Of a stretch of DNA of 64,000 nucleotides, positions 37,799-52,800 are shown piece after piece (position 1 is the stretch's first letter; the number at the start of each line of letters is the position of its first letter). Below the pieces are notes generated by a model. It did not search any database and was not told where the DNA came from. It saw only the letters and a program-made list of their open reading frames with translations. This DNA is from Lepidodermella squamata (lineage: Eukaryota; Animalia; Gastrotricha): positions 744,001-808,000 of the forward strand of contig JBLDXI010000017.1 in the NCBI GenBank assembly GCA_047495785.1, written 5' to 3'. The position numbers and the translations under genes are program-made.

Positions 37799-40672
37799 AT
37801 GACTAGCCACGAGAAGTCGATCAGCCAAAAACCAACCGTGCGAGATCATGAAATCGAAAATGCCACTTCATCGCATATTTCCAACCACTCCAACTCAACG
37901 AATAGCGACCACGGACAATGCGGAGCGTCGGGGTGCTCATCGAATATCATCCTACCCCTATGGTTCCCAGTACCCGAAAGTGTGTCACCTGGCGAGCGAG
38001 CCGGTCGAGCCATCCTCCTACTTGTTGTGCAAATTTACCTCTTCGTCGGAATTTCTATCTTGGCTGATCGCTTTGTTGCGGCGATAGAAGTCATTGTTTC
38101 CAAGAAACGGAAAATAAAAGTTTTGTCTGAAGCTACTGGCCAGATCGACTATGTTCACGTTCCGGTGTGGAACGAAACAGTTGCTCATCTGACACTGTTC
38201 GTACTCGGCGGTTGTGCCCCTGAAATCATGCTTTCCGTTGTAGAGACAATTACCCATGGCTTTCAGACTGAGGAGCTCGGTAAAGATGATACATTCTTGG
38301 ATTTCGAATGCTATTACTCGTCTCTTCTTAGGTCCAAGTGTTATTGTCGGCTCTGGTTGCTACAACTTGTTCATAATCACTGGAATTTGCATTGGATCAG
38401 TTGGAGAAAAAGCGAAGCGAGTAACAGAGTTGCCTGTGTTCTTCACCACAGGTATGATATTCTTGATTTGCGACAATCCCCAGACTCCAAACGTCAATCG
38501 ATAGGAAGGGGATAATAGAATGGTCTATTCATAGCAGCAGTTGGGCCTGATCTGATTTCATTTTATTCATCTTATAGGGGGCTTATAAAGAAAAGTAAGG
38601 CGTGCGGCTCCTAGGATTTTCTATGAATTTTACCTAAAGCGCAATATTTCTGATATATCTATGATTTTAGCTGCCTGGAGTATTTTTGCTTACCTATGGC
38701 TCTATTTCATCATTCTACTCAACTCACCGGAGATTGTCGAAGTCTGGGAAGCACTTACAACCCTAGCATTCTTTCCAGCTCTCGTCATCTCCGCTTATCT
38801 TACCGATAAATACTTTCATCGCCTTGCTAACTTCTGCTGTCGGAACAAAGAAGTCCACGCCCATCATACAGAGGCAGAGGATGCGAGAAGCGCTCTTGAC
38901 AAATACGGCAAGCGTTTCGGAGCTATCGTTGAAGAGTTGAGAGCTGCTCATCCAAGCGCATCGGCTTCAGAAATACAAGAAATGGCAGAGTTGGAGATGT
39001 TGAAGGAAATTCCGAAAGGACGGAATTTTTACCGAATACAAGCATCTCGCCAATTAGCTGGCGGAGGCGACTTGATCAGTAAGGAGAAACTGCGCGAAAA
39101 ATTCACTCACAAAGACATTAACAAAGATGAAGACATTGATCCAGACCTTCAAACGATTTACTTCGACCCATCCTCATATACAGTTATGGAAGATGCTGGT
39201 GAGTGCGTCCTTACCGTCAAACGAGAGGGTCAAAACCTGAATAATACCCTACTTGTGGACTACCGAACGATAGAGGGCACAGGCCACGACGGAAGTGACT
39301 TTTTGCACACGAATGGAACGATATCTTTCAGCCCATGTGAGTCTTCTAAGGAGATAGTTGTCGATATTGTCGATGACGATACTTACAATGCCGATAAGGT
39401 GTTCTACGTCGTCCTTAGTAATCCTCAATTATTCGCTATCAGAGGTAGAACTGTATTGCTGAACGAAGGCATTGCGACGGTCACGAAACTTGACGACGAT
39501 CATGGCGGGCTGTTTCATTTCCCAACAGCTTCACTGGAAATTGAAGAAAACTGTGGAGACCTGATCGTCAAAATTCTTCGTAGTTCCGGAGCAAAAGGTG
39601 TAGTTAGGGTGCCAGTCGTATTTACGGCCTTAACTGCAGTGGCGAATGTCGACTTCATCGATCCGGGTGTTTCGGAGGCGGTTTTCCAGGACAGGCAGAC
39701 TGATTTTGAAATCAAAATCAAAATAATCGATCAAAGCTTGGTGCGGTCGAAATGTGTCACTTTTTCGCTTGAATTAGGCGAACCCTTTTGGTCTGAGCAA
39801 AATCCCAGTGACTTCGACCGATCCAAACTTGGTCAACCCTCCTTAAGAAATCCGCCATCGATCACAGTCACTGTTACGGAAAATAAAGGTCTTAAAAGAT
39901 TGATTACTGAAATAGCGGAGGCAGATGTTGGCGAGTTGGTTGGAACGGAGAGTTGGACCGAACAGGTGAAAAGTGCGGTGACAGTACCCGTAAACGACTC
40001 GGGAAAGGCTACTACTGTCGACTTTGTGGTTCACGTCCTTACCCTATTTTGGAAGCTGCTTTTCTCGCTAATACCGCCAACATGTGAGTTACACTTTACA
40101 TGACATCAGAAATGTAATTTACTGTTTCTCCAGCAATCGGAGGTGGTTGGATAGCCTTTCTTGTCGCATTCGCGCTGCTCGGTGTTCTCACGGCAATTAT
40201 TGGAGACATTGCATCAATGATCGGATGTACTGTCGGGTTGGCTGAAGAGCTGACGGCTGTTACTTTTGTATCTCTCGGAACCAGTTTACCAGATCTTTTC
40301 GCCAGTAGAATCGCGGCTATTAAGGAAGAGTCAGCCGATGCGGCGATTGGACATGTCTCTGGTGCTAATGCGGTCAACGTTTTCCTCGGAATCGGCCTGG
40401 CTTGGTCTATCGCGGCGATAAAGCAGCAAAGCGATGGTCATAGACTTCACATTCACGTCGGAAGCTTCTCATACTGTGTTGTGCTATTTTTCAGCTTCAC
40501 ATGCTGTGCTATGATTGTTCTATTCTTGAGACGGTTACCACTTGTTGGAGGTGAATTAGGCGGGCCGAGAATCTTCAAATATCTCACTGTTGGATTTTTC
40601 TGGAGTCTTTGGGTAGCCTACGTCATTTTAGTTGCGTTAGACAGCTACTGCATCGCAAAGCCAAACTTATGA
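37799..40672 (+). CDS. NCX/SLC8-like exchanger copy 7
   Basis: VAHLTLFVLGGCAPE; IVDDDTYNAD; GTSLPD..GHVSGANAVNV. Confidence 0.93.
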
Positions 40673-40825
40673 ATAGAGAATGTATGAGTAATATCTGCTT
40701 GTCTATAAATTCTACTAGATGTTTGTACGTTTACGCAGCTGTTAGCAGTTTAAGATGGTGGAGCAATAAATCAAAATGTTAAGAAAGTGCTAAACTAATA
40801 AAAGTTATATCATTCATTCGCAAAT

Positions 40826-42602
40826 ATGTTCGTGCGCACCACCTTGGTTTTGTTATTAGCTCAGACTTTCGGCCTGAGCCAAGATCTGGACATTACAGCT
40901 TGTAACGATTATGTGGGTACGATTCGCTGTAATTTATGCTGTCTTTTTCTTTCAATTCTGTTGAAATTCAGTTTCGGAGCGAGACGTTATCAAGCATATC
41001 TTCTTGAATTACACGAAGTTAGCGAGGCCGAGGAAGCAAGCGTCAAACCCAGTTAACGTAACGATAGGTTTTCGGCTGTCAGGAATTCAAGACTTTGTAG
41101 GTGACATTATGGATTAAAATCCACGATATTCATCTGTATTTCCCGCAGATTGAACGGCAAAATCTGTTGATCCTGAGTGGATATTTAACACTGGTACCTA
41201 TATTTTTATATCGAGTTCTTCTGAAGAGATGCAAACCTTATATTCCTGTATCAAGGGTTGGTACGATGATTACTTAACTTGGAGCGAGAATTTTCCTCTG
41301 AACTGCATCAACAAAATTTATATCCCATCGGAAGAAATTTGGCTTCCTGATGTGGCACTGGTAAAGCGTTCACCTTTCCCAATACTTTATCTATTGGTAA
41401 TATTAACAGGTCAACAGCCGGTTGGTTATCGAGATTTTATTAGGATAGCTATCACAGCTCAATTTTAGTGGTAATATGTTTACAGTCCTTACAATGCCTG
41501 ATGTTCGAGTTGCGATCAGCAGTAGCGGAAAAGTTGTTCACTACCCAGGCGGGCAATTTGAAGTTTTCTGCGGACTCGATCTGTTTTACTTTCCGTTCGA
41601 TGTTCAAGTAATTTTCAGGCTAACGTATTTCTTAAGAAGTGAACTTTAAAACTTGCAGACATGCCAAATGAATTTTCGCAACTGGAACGTTCCAGAAAAC
41701 CTACAGCATCTCGAGCTATACAATCCACCAGGCGAAGGAAACAATGCTTTCAAAACTTTCGAGTACGTTGAAAGCAAGCTTTGGCATCTGTTGAGTTACG
41801 ATGCTAAAATCAAGTCCTCTCGACCTGTAGAAACCGTAAGAAATTCTGAAAACAGAACTATTACTCTCAAGTTCTGCAATTGCTTTCAAGGCCAGCTTCA
41901 ACATTGTCATTGCGAGACGAACTCTTTACTACTACGTCATTTACATATTTCCAAGTGTGGCAATATCTGTCGTTCATTTATCAACCTTTCTTCTTCCGGT
42001 TTCATTCTTTCCCAATCCACCTTAATTTATGATTGGATCTTCTAATTTTCAGATGGAACAAAATGATAAAATGGCTATGTCGATAACTTGCCTTTTAGCG
42101 TATGCAGTTTTTCAGGTATTAATAGGTAGATTTTAAATTATTATTTAATAATCTCCTCCCTTTTTAGACCACTGTTGCTAACGAGTTACCTAAATCTTCG
42201 GAGACAACGCCTTTACTTTTCCTATACATTACAATCCAACTGGCTTTCATTGCGTTCTCGATCATCACTGAAGGAATAATTACTCTGCTAGTTGGGGTGA
42301 GAATGAAACGCAAAAGCGTACCCCGTTCCATTCAAGTGGCAGCTTTATTTTTCGGATGGCCTCTGCGCGTGAAAGCTGAGGCAAAAAAGCCCCAGAAAAG
42401 CGGAAGAAGCAGCAAATCAAGCTATGGATCTACAAACATCGAGGAAAATACGCTGCACGGCAAGTCTGCGGAAGTTGATTGGTACTACGTTGCCCGTGTT
42501 GTAGACCGATTCATTTTCGTTTTATACCTGGCAGCTACTCTGACTATACCTCTGATTCTCTTCGTTTTTCTTCCTTGGGTTATTTTCAAAAAGTATGATT
42601 GA
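40826..42602 (+). CDS. Divergent Cys-loop pentameric ligand-gated ion channel subunit (nAChR/5-HT3-like, non-alpha), about 10 short exons
   Basis: Signal peptide; NYTKLARP..PVNV; WYDDYLTW; IWLPDVAL; Cys-loop CGLDLFYFPFDVQ|TC; RRTLYY + M1; DKMAMSITCLLAYAVF (M2); ELPKSSETTPLL; DWYYVARVVDR + M4. Confidence 0.9.
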
Positions 42603-42911
42603 CCTACGCACGACATTTTTCACAAAAAACTGTGTCATAAGCGTTTTGATCGATTTTATTATAAATTGCTGGCGGTATTGCCTTTTCTCTAACCATACCT
42701 GGTATGCGGATTGATTTAGACGTAGGCAAGGGGCAGAAACGTGCACCTGGCTGCGGATATTGACGTATAAATATTACGAGTCGCGGCGGCGTCGAAGTTT
42801 CGATATAAACAAGCGCAAATATTTGCTTAACGGAAACTGCTCGACTGCTTTTGCGCTTCACGAAGAAAAAATAAAAAGCTGTTCGTTGAGTAGCAGAATT
42901 CAGTATTCAAC

Positions 42912-45547
42912 ATGGCGAGCCACGAATCTAATCACGCTACTATCGGCATCATCGAATTAATTAATGGGAGTAACAGCAGCAACGCAAGTCACGCTGTTCA
43001 ATGCGCCCATGAGAAGTGTGAAAATGGCATACTGATTCCAATGTGGCTGCCACATGTTCATGAGATCTCAACTGCTGCTCGAGTAGGTCGGTGTTTCGCC
43101 TACATCTTCGTTCAAATGTACCTCTTTCTCGGCATGTCAATAGTCGCTGATCATTTTGTCGCAGCTATTGAGGTGATTGTCTCAAAGAAGCGAAAGGTTA
43201 AGGTGGTGTCCGCAAGCGGCGAAGTCGACTACGTTCACGTTCCGATTTGGAATGAAACCGTCGCCCATTTGACACTTTTCGTCTTGGGAGGTTGCGCACC
43301 GGAAATTTTGTTGTCGGTAGTTGAGACGATAACTCAAAACTTCGAAACTGGGGAACTAGGACCTAGTGTTATCATAGGTTCTGGCTGCTATAATCTTTTC
43401 ATCATAACCGGGATTTGCATCGGCTCGGTCGGAAGCAGGGCAAAACGCGTCACTGAACTACATATCTTTTTCACAACAGGTAAGCTATTGAAAGAAAGGT
43501 ATCACTCTCGATAATGGCCTCATTTTAGCCGCTTGGAGCATCTTTGCGTATCTGTGGCTCTACTTCATAACAGTTGTCAATTCGCATAGTGTTATCGAAG
43601 TTTGGGAGGCCTTGACAACTTTGGCGTTTTTCCCTGCCGTCGTGTTATCAGCTTACTGCGTTGACAAACATTTCTTCGGACTATTCAGATGTTGTGGGAA
43701 GAAAGGAGTGCATCCCCATCATTCAGCGGCGGAGGATGCCAAGGAGGCAATGGAACGGCGCGAAAAGCGATTTATCGCTCTCATGGACGACTTGAGGGCG
43801 AAAAACCCTGGCAAGGCAACCGTAGAAATCCAGGAGCTGGCCGAGCTAGAGCTGCTTAAGGAGTTACCGAAAGGCAGGAATTACTATCGAATGCAATCAG
43901 GCCGCCAAATGGCTGGAGGTGGGGATTTAATAAATAAGGAGAAGCTTCGTGAAAAGTTCACTCACAAAACGCAAAAGCACACGGATCCTGACCTTCAGAC
44001 TATATCATTTGATCCCAATTCCTACACGGTTATGGAGGATTGTGGAAAATGCCAGCTTAACGTAATTCGAGAAGGCGAGAATTTACATAACACAGTGACA
44101 GTCGATTACGCAACAAGAGATGGAACGGGCAAAAACGGGGCAGATTACCGTGAAATCAAAGGCACGTTAACGTTCCAGCCGAACGAAGCGTTGAAGCATG
44201 TTTTCGTCGAAATCGTCGATGACGATCATTACAAAGCCGATACAACGTTTTTTGTCGATCTATTTCGGCCTCAGGTTACAGGAGGAAATGCAAAGTCAAA
44301 GGTCCAGCTTGGCGAGGGAAAGTCGACAGCAACCGTTGTGAAGTTGGACGACGATCACGGAGGCCAGTATCACTTCGAATCTGCTGAACTCACGTTTGAA
44401 GAGAGCTGTGGCGACGCTGTAATAAAAGTTGTCCGATCCTCTGGGGCGAAGGGAAAAGTATCGATGCCGATCATCCTGAAATGCATCGATGCATTGCCTG
44501 GGGTTAACTTCGAAGATCCAAAATTGGCCGTAGTTGTGTTCCAAGATAGAGAGGTTGAACAGCTCATTAATATCAAACTCATCGATGGTGGAAAGTTCGA
44601 CCCGAAAGCAGTGAAGTTCTCGCTGGAGCTTGGGAAACCTAAATGGACGTCAAATCAAGCGTTTGACTCAAGCAAGTTGGGGAAACCATGCTTGAGGGAG
44701 CCATCGAAAATTGTTGTAACAATCACTGAGAACAAAGGCCTGAAGAAACTGGTCGCTGAAATTGCGGAGGCTGATATGGCAGATTTAGTTGCAAGTACAA
44801 CTTGGAGTGAACAATTCATCGCCGCTTTCACAGTGGCTGCTGCCGAGCCAGAGAAAGAAGGAGATCCGCCTAAAAAGGGTTGCTGGGAATACGCCGTTCA
44901 CATTATCACATTTTTCTGGAAATTTCTGTTTGCATTCATTCCTCCAACGGGTAACCAAACTTTTTTTGCATGCGGCAAATAACGATGAATAATTTATTCA
45001 TGTTTTAGCTTACCTTGGTGGATGGGCAGCCTTTCTGACCGCATTCGCAATGATCGGCTTAATTACAGCTGTAATTGCCGATATCGCCTCAGCTCTCGGT
45101 TGCACTATTGGCTTGGCTGCTGAACTAACTGCTGTGACTTTTGTGTCTCTTGGCACGAGCTTACCCGATCTTTTCGCAAGTAGAATAGCTGCTAAGAAGG
45201 AAGACACAGCTGATGCAGCAATTGGGCATATATCCGGTGCGAATGCCGTGAATGTATTCCTCGGAATCGGTCTTGCTTGGTCGATAGCTGCTGTTAAACA
45301 AAGCATCGACGGGCATGTCCTGCACATTCACGTCGGAAGCTTTTCCTACTGTATCATTCTTTTCTTCAGCTTCGCGACCTGTGCAATCCTGGTTCTTTTC
45401 CTGCGGAGGCTGCCGCCTATTCGCGGTGAACTTGGCGGGCCCCGCGTATTTAAATATCTGACTGTTGCTCTTTTCGTCAGCCTGTGGGCTGCTTATGTTG
45501 TTCTTGTGGCTTTAGATGGTTACTGCATTTTCAAGCCTAATATATAA
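42912..45547 (+). CDS. NCX/SLC8-like exchanger copy 8
   Basis: VAHLTLFVLGGCAPE; GSGCYN; IVDDDHYKAD; GTSLPD..GHISGANAVNV. Confidence 0.93.
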
Positions 45548-46007
45548 TTCTGCTATAGGTATACAATATATACCGTTGATACCACTACAAGTGGGATGTT
45601 TCTCGAATAAATTCAATTGATTCATCGCTAGCTTTTCTCATTCGTTCACATCGATTCGCCGCCGGGGTGAGAATGCGCAGTTAAATCCCGACCCACGCGA
45701 GCTAGGGGCTAGGTTATTGAATACCGAAACAAAAGAAACGGTCGACCGAACCGACTTGTCGAAAGGCCGCCTAGCACCTTGGCGCGAATTCACACATGCC
45801 ACTTACGAAATCGATGTCGAAATGTGTTTTCTTAAGAATGTAACGGCAAGTGCTGCGAGATGATGAATAATTCATCATAGGATAAGCCTGGGCTTGTTTT
45901 AACATTCTGTTTTCCCCTTAGTAGCAAAGCTGTCTTTAACTCGATTAGCAACGAAATAATTTTTACAGCACTAATTATATCGAATTAACAATGTTATCAT
46001 AAGAAAT

Positions 46008-49000
46008 ATGGGAGTTCAAGAACATCCAGTTGAAGACCATGGGGGTGGAGATCACGGTGATGATCACGGAGATGGCGGAAATTCGACAGGAGAATGCTCG
46101 CCCATCCTAAAAAAATGCACCCATCCCCATTTCCTTCCAGAATGGCAACCAAGTCCTCTGACGCTACCCATAGAAATGCGAGCGGCTCGAGCTGCTATTC
46201 TGTTCGTCAGCCTTTTCTACATCTTTGTCGGTCTTTCATTCATATCAGATAAGTTCAACTCAGCAATCGACGTCATCGTTTCGAGAAAACGAAAAGTCAA
46301 AGTCGTTTCTCGAGTGACTAATACAGAGCAATACGTGAACATCCCTATATGGAACGAATCAGTCGCGCATCTGACTCTGTTCGTTCTGGGCAATTCAGCT
46401 CCGGAAATTCTCCTCTCCGTTATCGAGACGATAATGGGCGGTTTCAAAATCGGCGAACTAGCTCCGATGGTCATTCTAGGCAGCCAATTCAACCTTTTTG
46501 TAACAGGAGGAATCTGCATTCTGGCCGCTTGTCCAAAAGCGAAGAAACAGCACGAACTGCGAAATTTCTTCGTCACGAGTGAGTCCCATTTTAGCCCAGT
46601 GTTCAAGAGTAATTATCGAATTTGTTGAATTCATCTTTCAGCCGGGTCAGGAATAATTGCATACGGCTGGCTGTATGCTGTTCTCAGCGTTATCACTCCT
46701 GGAATAGTCGAGCCCTGGGAGGCCATTCTTACACTATCGTTCTTTCCGGTAACAAGTAAGGCTGAAGTTTTTGATTTTTTTGAGAATTTTTATGATCTCT
46801 GTCTATTTCAAAGTTGTTGTCGCTTACATTGTGGATCGTGAGTTTTTCGGGGCTTTCAAACGGCTGAAGAGACGATATGGGAGCAGACGAGTCGCTGCTG
46901 TGAATAACGAGGTGACCGACCTTACTTCCCACTCTGGCGCGAGTAGATCAACCGATGACTCCGTTGCCATTGAGCTGGGTCGCGATATATCAGTTGTAGA
47001 GGATGACGATCTTACTGAGGTGGAGGCTGCAAGGATCGCCATGGAGAAGCGACAGACTCACTATTTGGCCCTGGTCAAAGAGCTCAGGGTTAAACATCCA
47101 AATTTAACATCAGCGAAAATCAACGAAATGGCTGAGCTGCAAATTATCGACGAAATGCCCAAGACTATGGGTTACTACCGCATGTTGGCATCGAAAGGAA
47201 TGTCTGGCAATGAAAGCATCATAAACATGGACAAACTTCACGCAGCTTTTGAGGTAATATGAGTATTTAAGTACCTGAAATTCAATATAACTCAACGATT
47301 TTCAGCCTTTGGTCCAAAAACGGGTCTTAAAACCCGGCCAGCAAGTTATTTCGTTTGACCCTTGTGAATATCGCGTCATGGAGGATTGTGGCACAATGGA
47401 ATGCAACGTCATTCGGGAAGCTCTGTCAGATAAAACTCTAAAATCAACTGTTCAAGTGAATTATGCAACAAAAGATGGTTTGTTTTCACTTGATAGCTGA
47501 AAGCTGATTTGAGCTCATTATTTACAGGAACCGGGGTATCCGGCAGTGATTACGTGGCAAAAAAGGGAACTTTGATATTCAAGCCCGGCGAGAAGCTGAA
47601 GAAGATTCCCATTAAAATCATTGACGATGACGAATTCAACTTGGATACCCAGTTCTACGTTGAACTATCCGCGCCAATGATCACAACCGGGAAGAGTCCA
47701 AAGCCGACATCATCGCCTGACGTCATAATCGACCCTGATCTCAAGAAGGCAACTATAACAAAAATTGACGACGACCATGCTGGTATTTTCTGCTTTGAGC
47801 ATCCTGAATTATCTTTCGAAGAAGATTGCGGCGAAGCTAAAATCAAAATCGTGAGGAATTCCGGGGCAAAGGGTGTAGTCACCCTACCCTACAAGATCAT
47901 ACCGGAAACGGCAATCCCAAAAGTCCACTTCACTGAGGTCGGCCTGCCTCAAGCAAACAACAAACAAACGACTCAAAGTCAAGTGATAAAATTTCAGGGT
48001 AAACAAACTGAGTAAGTACTTTTTTGCTTGAAATAATGGCGCCATAACCTCGTTGCTCTTTCAAGGCACATTCTGCGTTTCAAACTTGTCAACGAAGGTA
48101 GCTTCTCAAAGAAGGCAATATTCCGCATCGAACTAAGCCCACCAGTCGAGGGCAATGCTAACAATTGGTCCAGCTTGATGAAAACTGTCAGCAAGAATCC
48201 GAAACAGCCACCCACAAAGGAAACCTCCAAAGCAGAGAAAGCTCGACTGGGAGAAGTATCCAGTGTTCGCGTTACAATAACTGAAAATCAAAAACTGAAA
48301 TCTGTTGTCGATCGCATCTCAAGCTTGGACGTAAACGATTTCATCGGCTCATCATCATGGGGACAACAGTTTGTAGACGCTGTCACAGTTCGGCATGATG
48401 CCCATGTCGAAGAGGAGCAAGAAGAAGAGGAAGAACAGGGTGAGAGTTCAGCCCCCGCTAAGCCCAGCAAAGCTGAATACTGCAAGATGTATTTCTTCCA
48501 CATAATCACGTTTTTCTGGAAGATCCTTTTCGCATTCATCCCGCCAACTGGAATGGCCGGCGGATGGGTTACATTCTTCTCTTCTCTGATTTTGGTAGGC
48601 GGTATGATGGCTTTAGCCGCAGATATCGCTATCCAACTCGGCTGCACGATTGGTTTGAAAATCGAAATGACAGCTATTACATTAGTTGCGTTTGGTGTTA
48701 GCCTGCCTGATATATTCGCTAGTAGATTAGCTGCGGTTAAGGAGGAACATGCTGATGCTGCTCTTGGCCATATGATGGGCCGTATTGGTGTCAGCATTTA
48801 CGTAGGATTTGGTCTCAGTTGGACGCTGGCGTCTATCAAACAAGCACTGTCCGGGAACGTGCTGAAAATCCCGGTTAAAGAACTACCTTTCAATATTATT
48901 CTCTTTTTCATATTTGTGGGCGTAGCAGTTTTTGTTTTGCTGATTCGACGACTGCCACCGGTTCGTGGTGAACTCGGTGGGCCGAAACCTGCAGCAATAG

Positions 49001-49089
49001 CGACAGGTGTCTTATTCTTTTCGTTATGGGTGCTTTATATAACACTGACAGCACTTGAGAGCTATTGTGTTCTGAATGTTTCTTTCTAG
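46008..49089 (+). CDS. NCX/SLC8-like exchanger copy 9 (strongly altered ion site)
   Basis: VAHLTLFVLGNSAPE; APMVILGSQFNLF; Calx-beta pair; GVSLPD..GHMMGRIGVSIY. Confidence 0.92.
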
Positions 49090-49835
49090 CGTATTACTAA
49101 TAAATAAATTGATAAAGTAACAAATAATGGGTTCTCATTTATTCAGTAAATAGCTTCCCTCGCTCACTCAAGAGTGTAAATCATAAATCTTGAGAATAGC
49201 GCAAAAAGAACTTCCGGAAATTGCTACTGCCCTAAAGAGGAAAACTGCCCAGTTTCATTGATTATGCGTTCCAATATGTGCATAGTAGGTCGACCTTTTC
49301 GGGAAGTGCAACGAGGATATTCCGCCGACTGTGCATCGATTAGTCGAGCAATTTCAATTTATTTAATCCGATTCACAGTGATTTTTATAGTTCTAATTGT
49401 TGTTATAGCATCTGCAGTAATTATTAGTGTTTTAAAAATAGGAAGTTTGCTCACGAGCACCATGTGTAGGCAAATGACGCAACGCCGTGCATCAAATGCA
49501 TGAATCGATCACCCAGCGGTATTTCGCATTTGATGCGCGCAATGTCTGCCTGCTTGCTGGCCTTGTAGAATTAATAAAAAATGAACAATTATCAAAAGTT
49601 GTGTGTACCTTTGCGTCGACTGGCAGCAAAAAATTAACTCCTAGCAACCGCACTTGCTCGCAGGCAGAAGCAAGCTGCTTTTGTCATCCAAATCGCATCG
49701 ATCAGCGATGTAAAAGCAAACAACCGGGATTCGTTTTGTTTTAATTTTTCGCTCGCTGCTTTTTTGCGTGCTCCTGAGTAGTCATAACAAACATACGACG
49801 ACAAGTACTTTTGGTGATTTTTACATCGTTTTGCC

Positions 49836-52800
49836 ATGGGCGGCGGATCAGCTGCAACAGCTGGTAACGGCACTGTATCGTGTGCAACTATCACTTGCAG
49901 CCATTCAGAGTTTATACCGCAATGGATGCCTTACCCCAACCAAATCTCTGTCGGGGAACGAGTTGGAAGAGCCATCGTATATATCCTCATACTCGCTTAT
50001 CTTTTCATCGGAATGTCAATGGTATCAGACACATTCTGCGCAGCAATCGACCACATCATCACACGGAAGAGGAAGGTGAAAATCACATCTCGACTAACTG
50101 GATCTGTCCAATATGTGCAAATACCCATTTGGAACGAAACAGTGGCTCATCTAACCTTGTTTGTATTGGGCAATGTCGCTCCAGATATCCTACTCACCTT
50201 AATCGAGGTGATACTCAACGACTTTGATCCCGGACATCTTGGTCCTTCTGTGATTATCGGAACCGGTGCGCTTAATCTTTTCTTCATACAAACGGTATGC
50301 ATATGCGTGGTTGAAAAGAATCATGCGAAAAAAGTGGAACACATGCGATTGTACTTCCTAACTAGTAAGTCCCACTTAAATTTCATACTGTGTTTATGAC
50401 CTATTATTTTTTAGCCGGTTGGTTTTTGTTCGGCTATCTATGGCTATATTTTATTTTGGTCCCAATTTCAAATGGAATAATCGAGCCATGGGAATCCTTT
50501 CTGACCCTGTGCTATTTCCCGATGCTCGTCGTCTCTGCATATATTGTCGACCGCAATTTTTTCGGCTGCTGTGCTCGACTGAAGCGGCGAGCTATTAGGA
50601 CAATTTCCCCTTCTCTAAGTAAAGCTACAACAAACGTTTCTGTGATACCCATGCCTGCGCAATCAGTCTCGGATTCAACCACTGAGGTTACAACAGAAGG
50701 ACTGGAAACCCACATGGATCATGAGGATGAATTCGAAGCAGCCCGACAGGTCAGCTATCTTTTTTCTCCCTAGGAATGCTCTTTAAACGTTTTTAATCAA
50801 AATAGGCTTTAGAGAAAAGACAGCATCGCTTCTTGGCACTTCTCAAAGAGATGCGGGCGAAACACCCGAATAAAACTCAGCAGCAAATTCAGGAATTAGC
50901 CGAGCGCGAGCTTATTAAAGAGCTCCCGAAGAGCCCTGGCTATTATCGAATGTTGGCTTCAAAAGGCTTATCAGGTGGTGGTGATATTATCAACAAGGAA
51001 AAACTCAGAATGAAATTTGACGTAAGTCAATTTGGATGGGGGTCAAATTTGTGTCTAATTCCAGGATATCGATTTATAGATAAATAAGAAAAAAGACGTT
51101 CGACTGAGTGACCCAGCAGCTCAGGTCCTGACATGCGACCCTGCCGAATATATCGTGATGGAGGATTGTGGGTCATTCCAAGCAAATGTGACCAGGCTTG
51201 GTAACAACCTGGACAACGTAGTGTCAGTGGATTACGAAACCGAGGACGGCACTGGTGTTGCTGGGAGTGACTATGAAACCGTTAGAGGACGCCTGATATT
51301 CAAAAATGGGGAACACACCAAGCATGTGACAATCAAAATTATCGACGACGATGTATTCAATCTGGATACCGTTTTTTATTTGAAACTTTCCAATCCAGTC
51401 CTAGTTGATCCTGGACCTCACAAAAAACTCGTAATTTCGAGGTTCCGTGTTTCATTCCTAATATTCTTTTATATTACAGATCCCGAAACTATCACTCGAC
51501 CCTGAGGGCAGTAAAGCGAAGATAACAAAAGTTGACGACGACCATGGCGGAATTTTTCACTTCCAGAAGTCAAAAGTCACAATAGAAGAGGATGTTGGTG
51601 TAGCTGCGTTTCATGTTACTCGAAGTTCAGGAGCTAAGGGCTGCGTTGCTGTCCCATTCCATATAGAAGCCGCATCAGCCCAACCCGGTATTCACTTCAT
51701 TCCACCCTCGTCGAACCTAATAATATTCCAAAATCGAGAGACTGAGTAATTTCACCATATCCCTCTTAATCATTGTTAACATTATTCCCTTTCAGAAAAT
51801 TATTGAAGATGAAAGTTATCAATGAAGACCGTCTCGTGAAAAAGGTTCAGTTTGAAATAGAACTGGAGGAACCCTATTTCTATGAGGGCAAATTGGAGCA
51901 GAGCAATGGCTTCCCCCATAAAGCAAAGTTAACAAAACAACAATCAGAACAGTCTGCCGAAGAAAAAATCGAGACAAAAAACCTTGGAAAACCGAAACTT
52001 GGCGAGGACTCGAAAGTCGTTGTGACTATCACAGAGAACACTGGACTTCGAAATGCTGTCGATAACATAGCGAATATCGACCTGAACGATTTAGTGGGTG
52101 CTGTTTCTTGGAAGGCGCAGATTAAGGAGGCTATCGCTCTACCAACTCAGGCCCTTAACGATGAAGATGGAGATGGCGATGTCGACGAAGATGATGCAGT
52201 TGTTAGGAAAACACCATGGAAAGTCTATATATTCCACTATCTAACTCTCTTCTGGAAAATTCTCTTCGCCCTCATCCCTCCGACATGTAAGATTGATCTA
52301 TAAAATATCGCAATTCTCATTAAGAATTTTTGAAATTTTAGATATGCTTGGTGGCTGGTTCTCATTTTTCTGGGCCTTTGGTTACATTGGTGTAATCGTT
52401 GCAATAATTGCCGATATTTCCAAGCAATTGGGCTGTGTCCTTGGCTTGAAAGATGAAATTACAGCTATCACGCTTGTCTCATTTGGCACTAGCTTGCCTG
52501 ATCTTTTCGCAAGTATCCTCGCCGCGAAACGGGAGGAACACGCCGATTCAGCTATTGGTCACGTTAATGGGTCGTGTGGCGTCCTCGTCTTTCTCGGCAT
52601 CGGCATCAGCTGGACGGTGTGCTCGGTGAAAAAAGCCATCGATGGCAAAGAGCTGCGCGTTCAACTGCGTGGTTTTACGTTTTCCATCACAATTTTCCTT
52701 ATATTCGCGCTTCTTACAATCGCTGTGCTTCTGTTCCGCCGACGGCCAGCTGTCGGCGGTGAACTGGGCGGGCCGACGTTCTACCGCGTGTTAACCGGCG

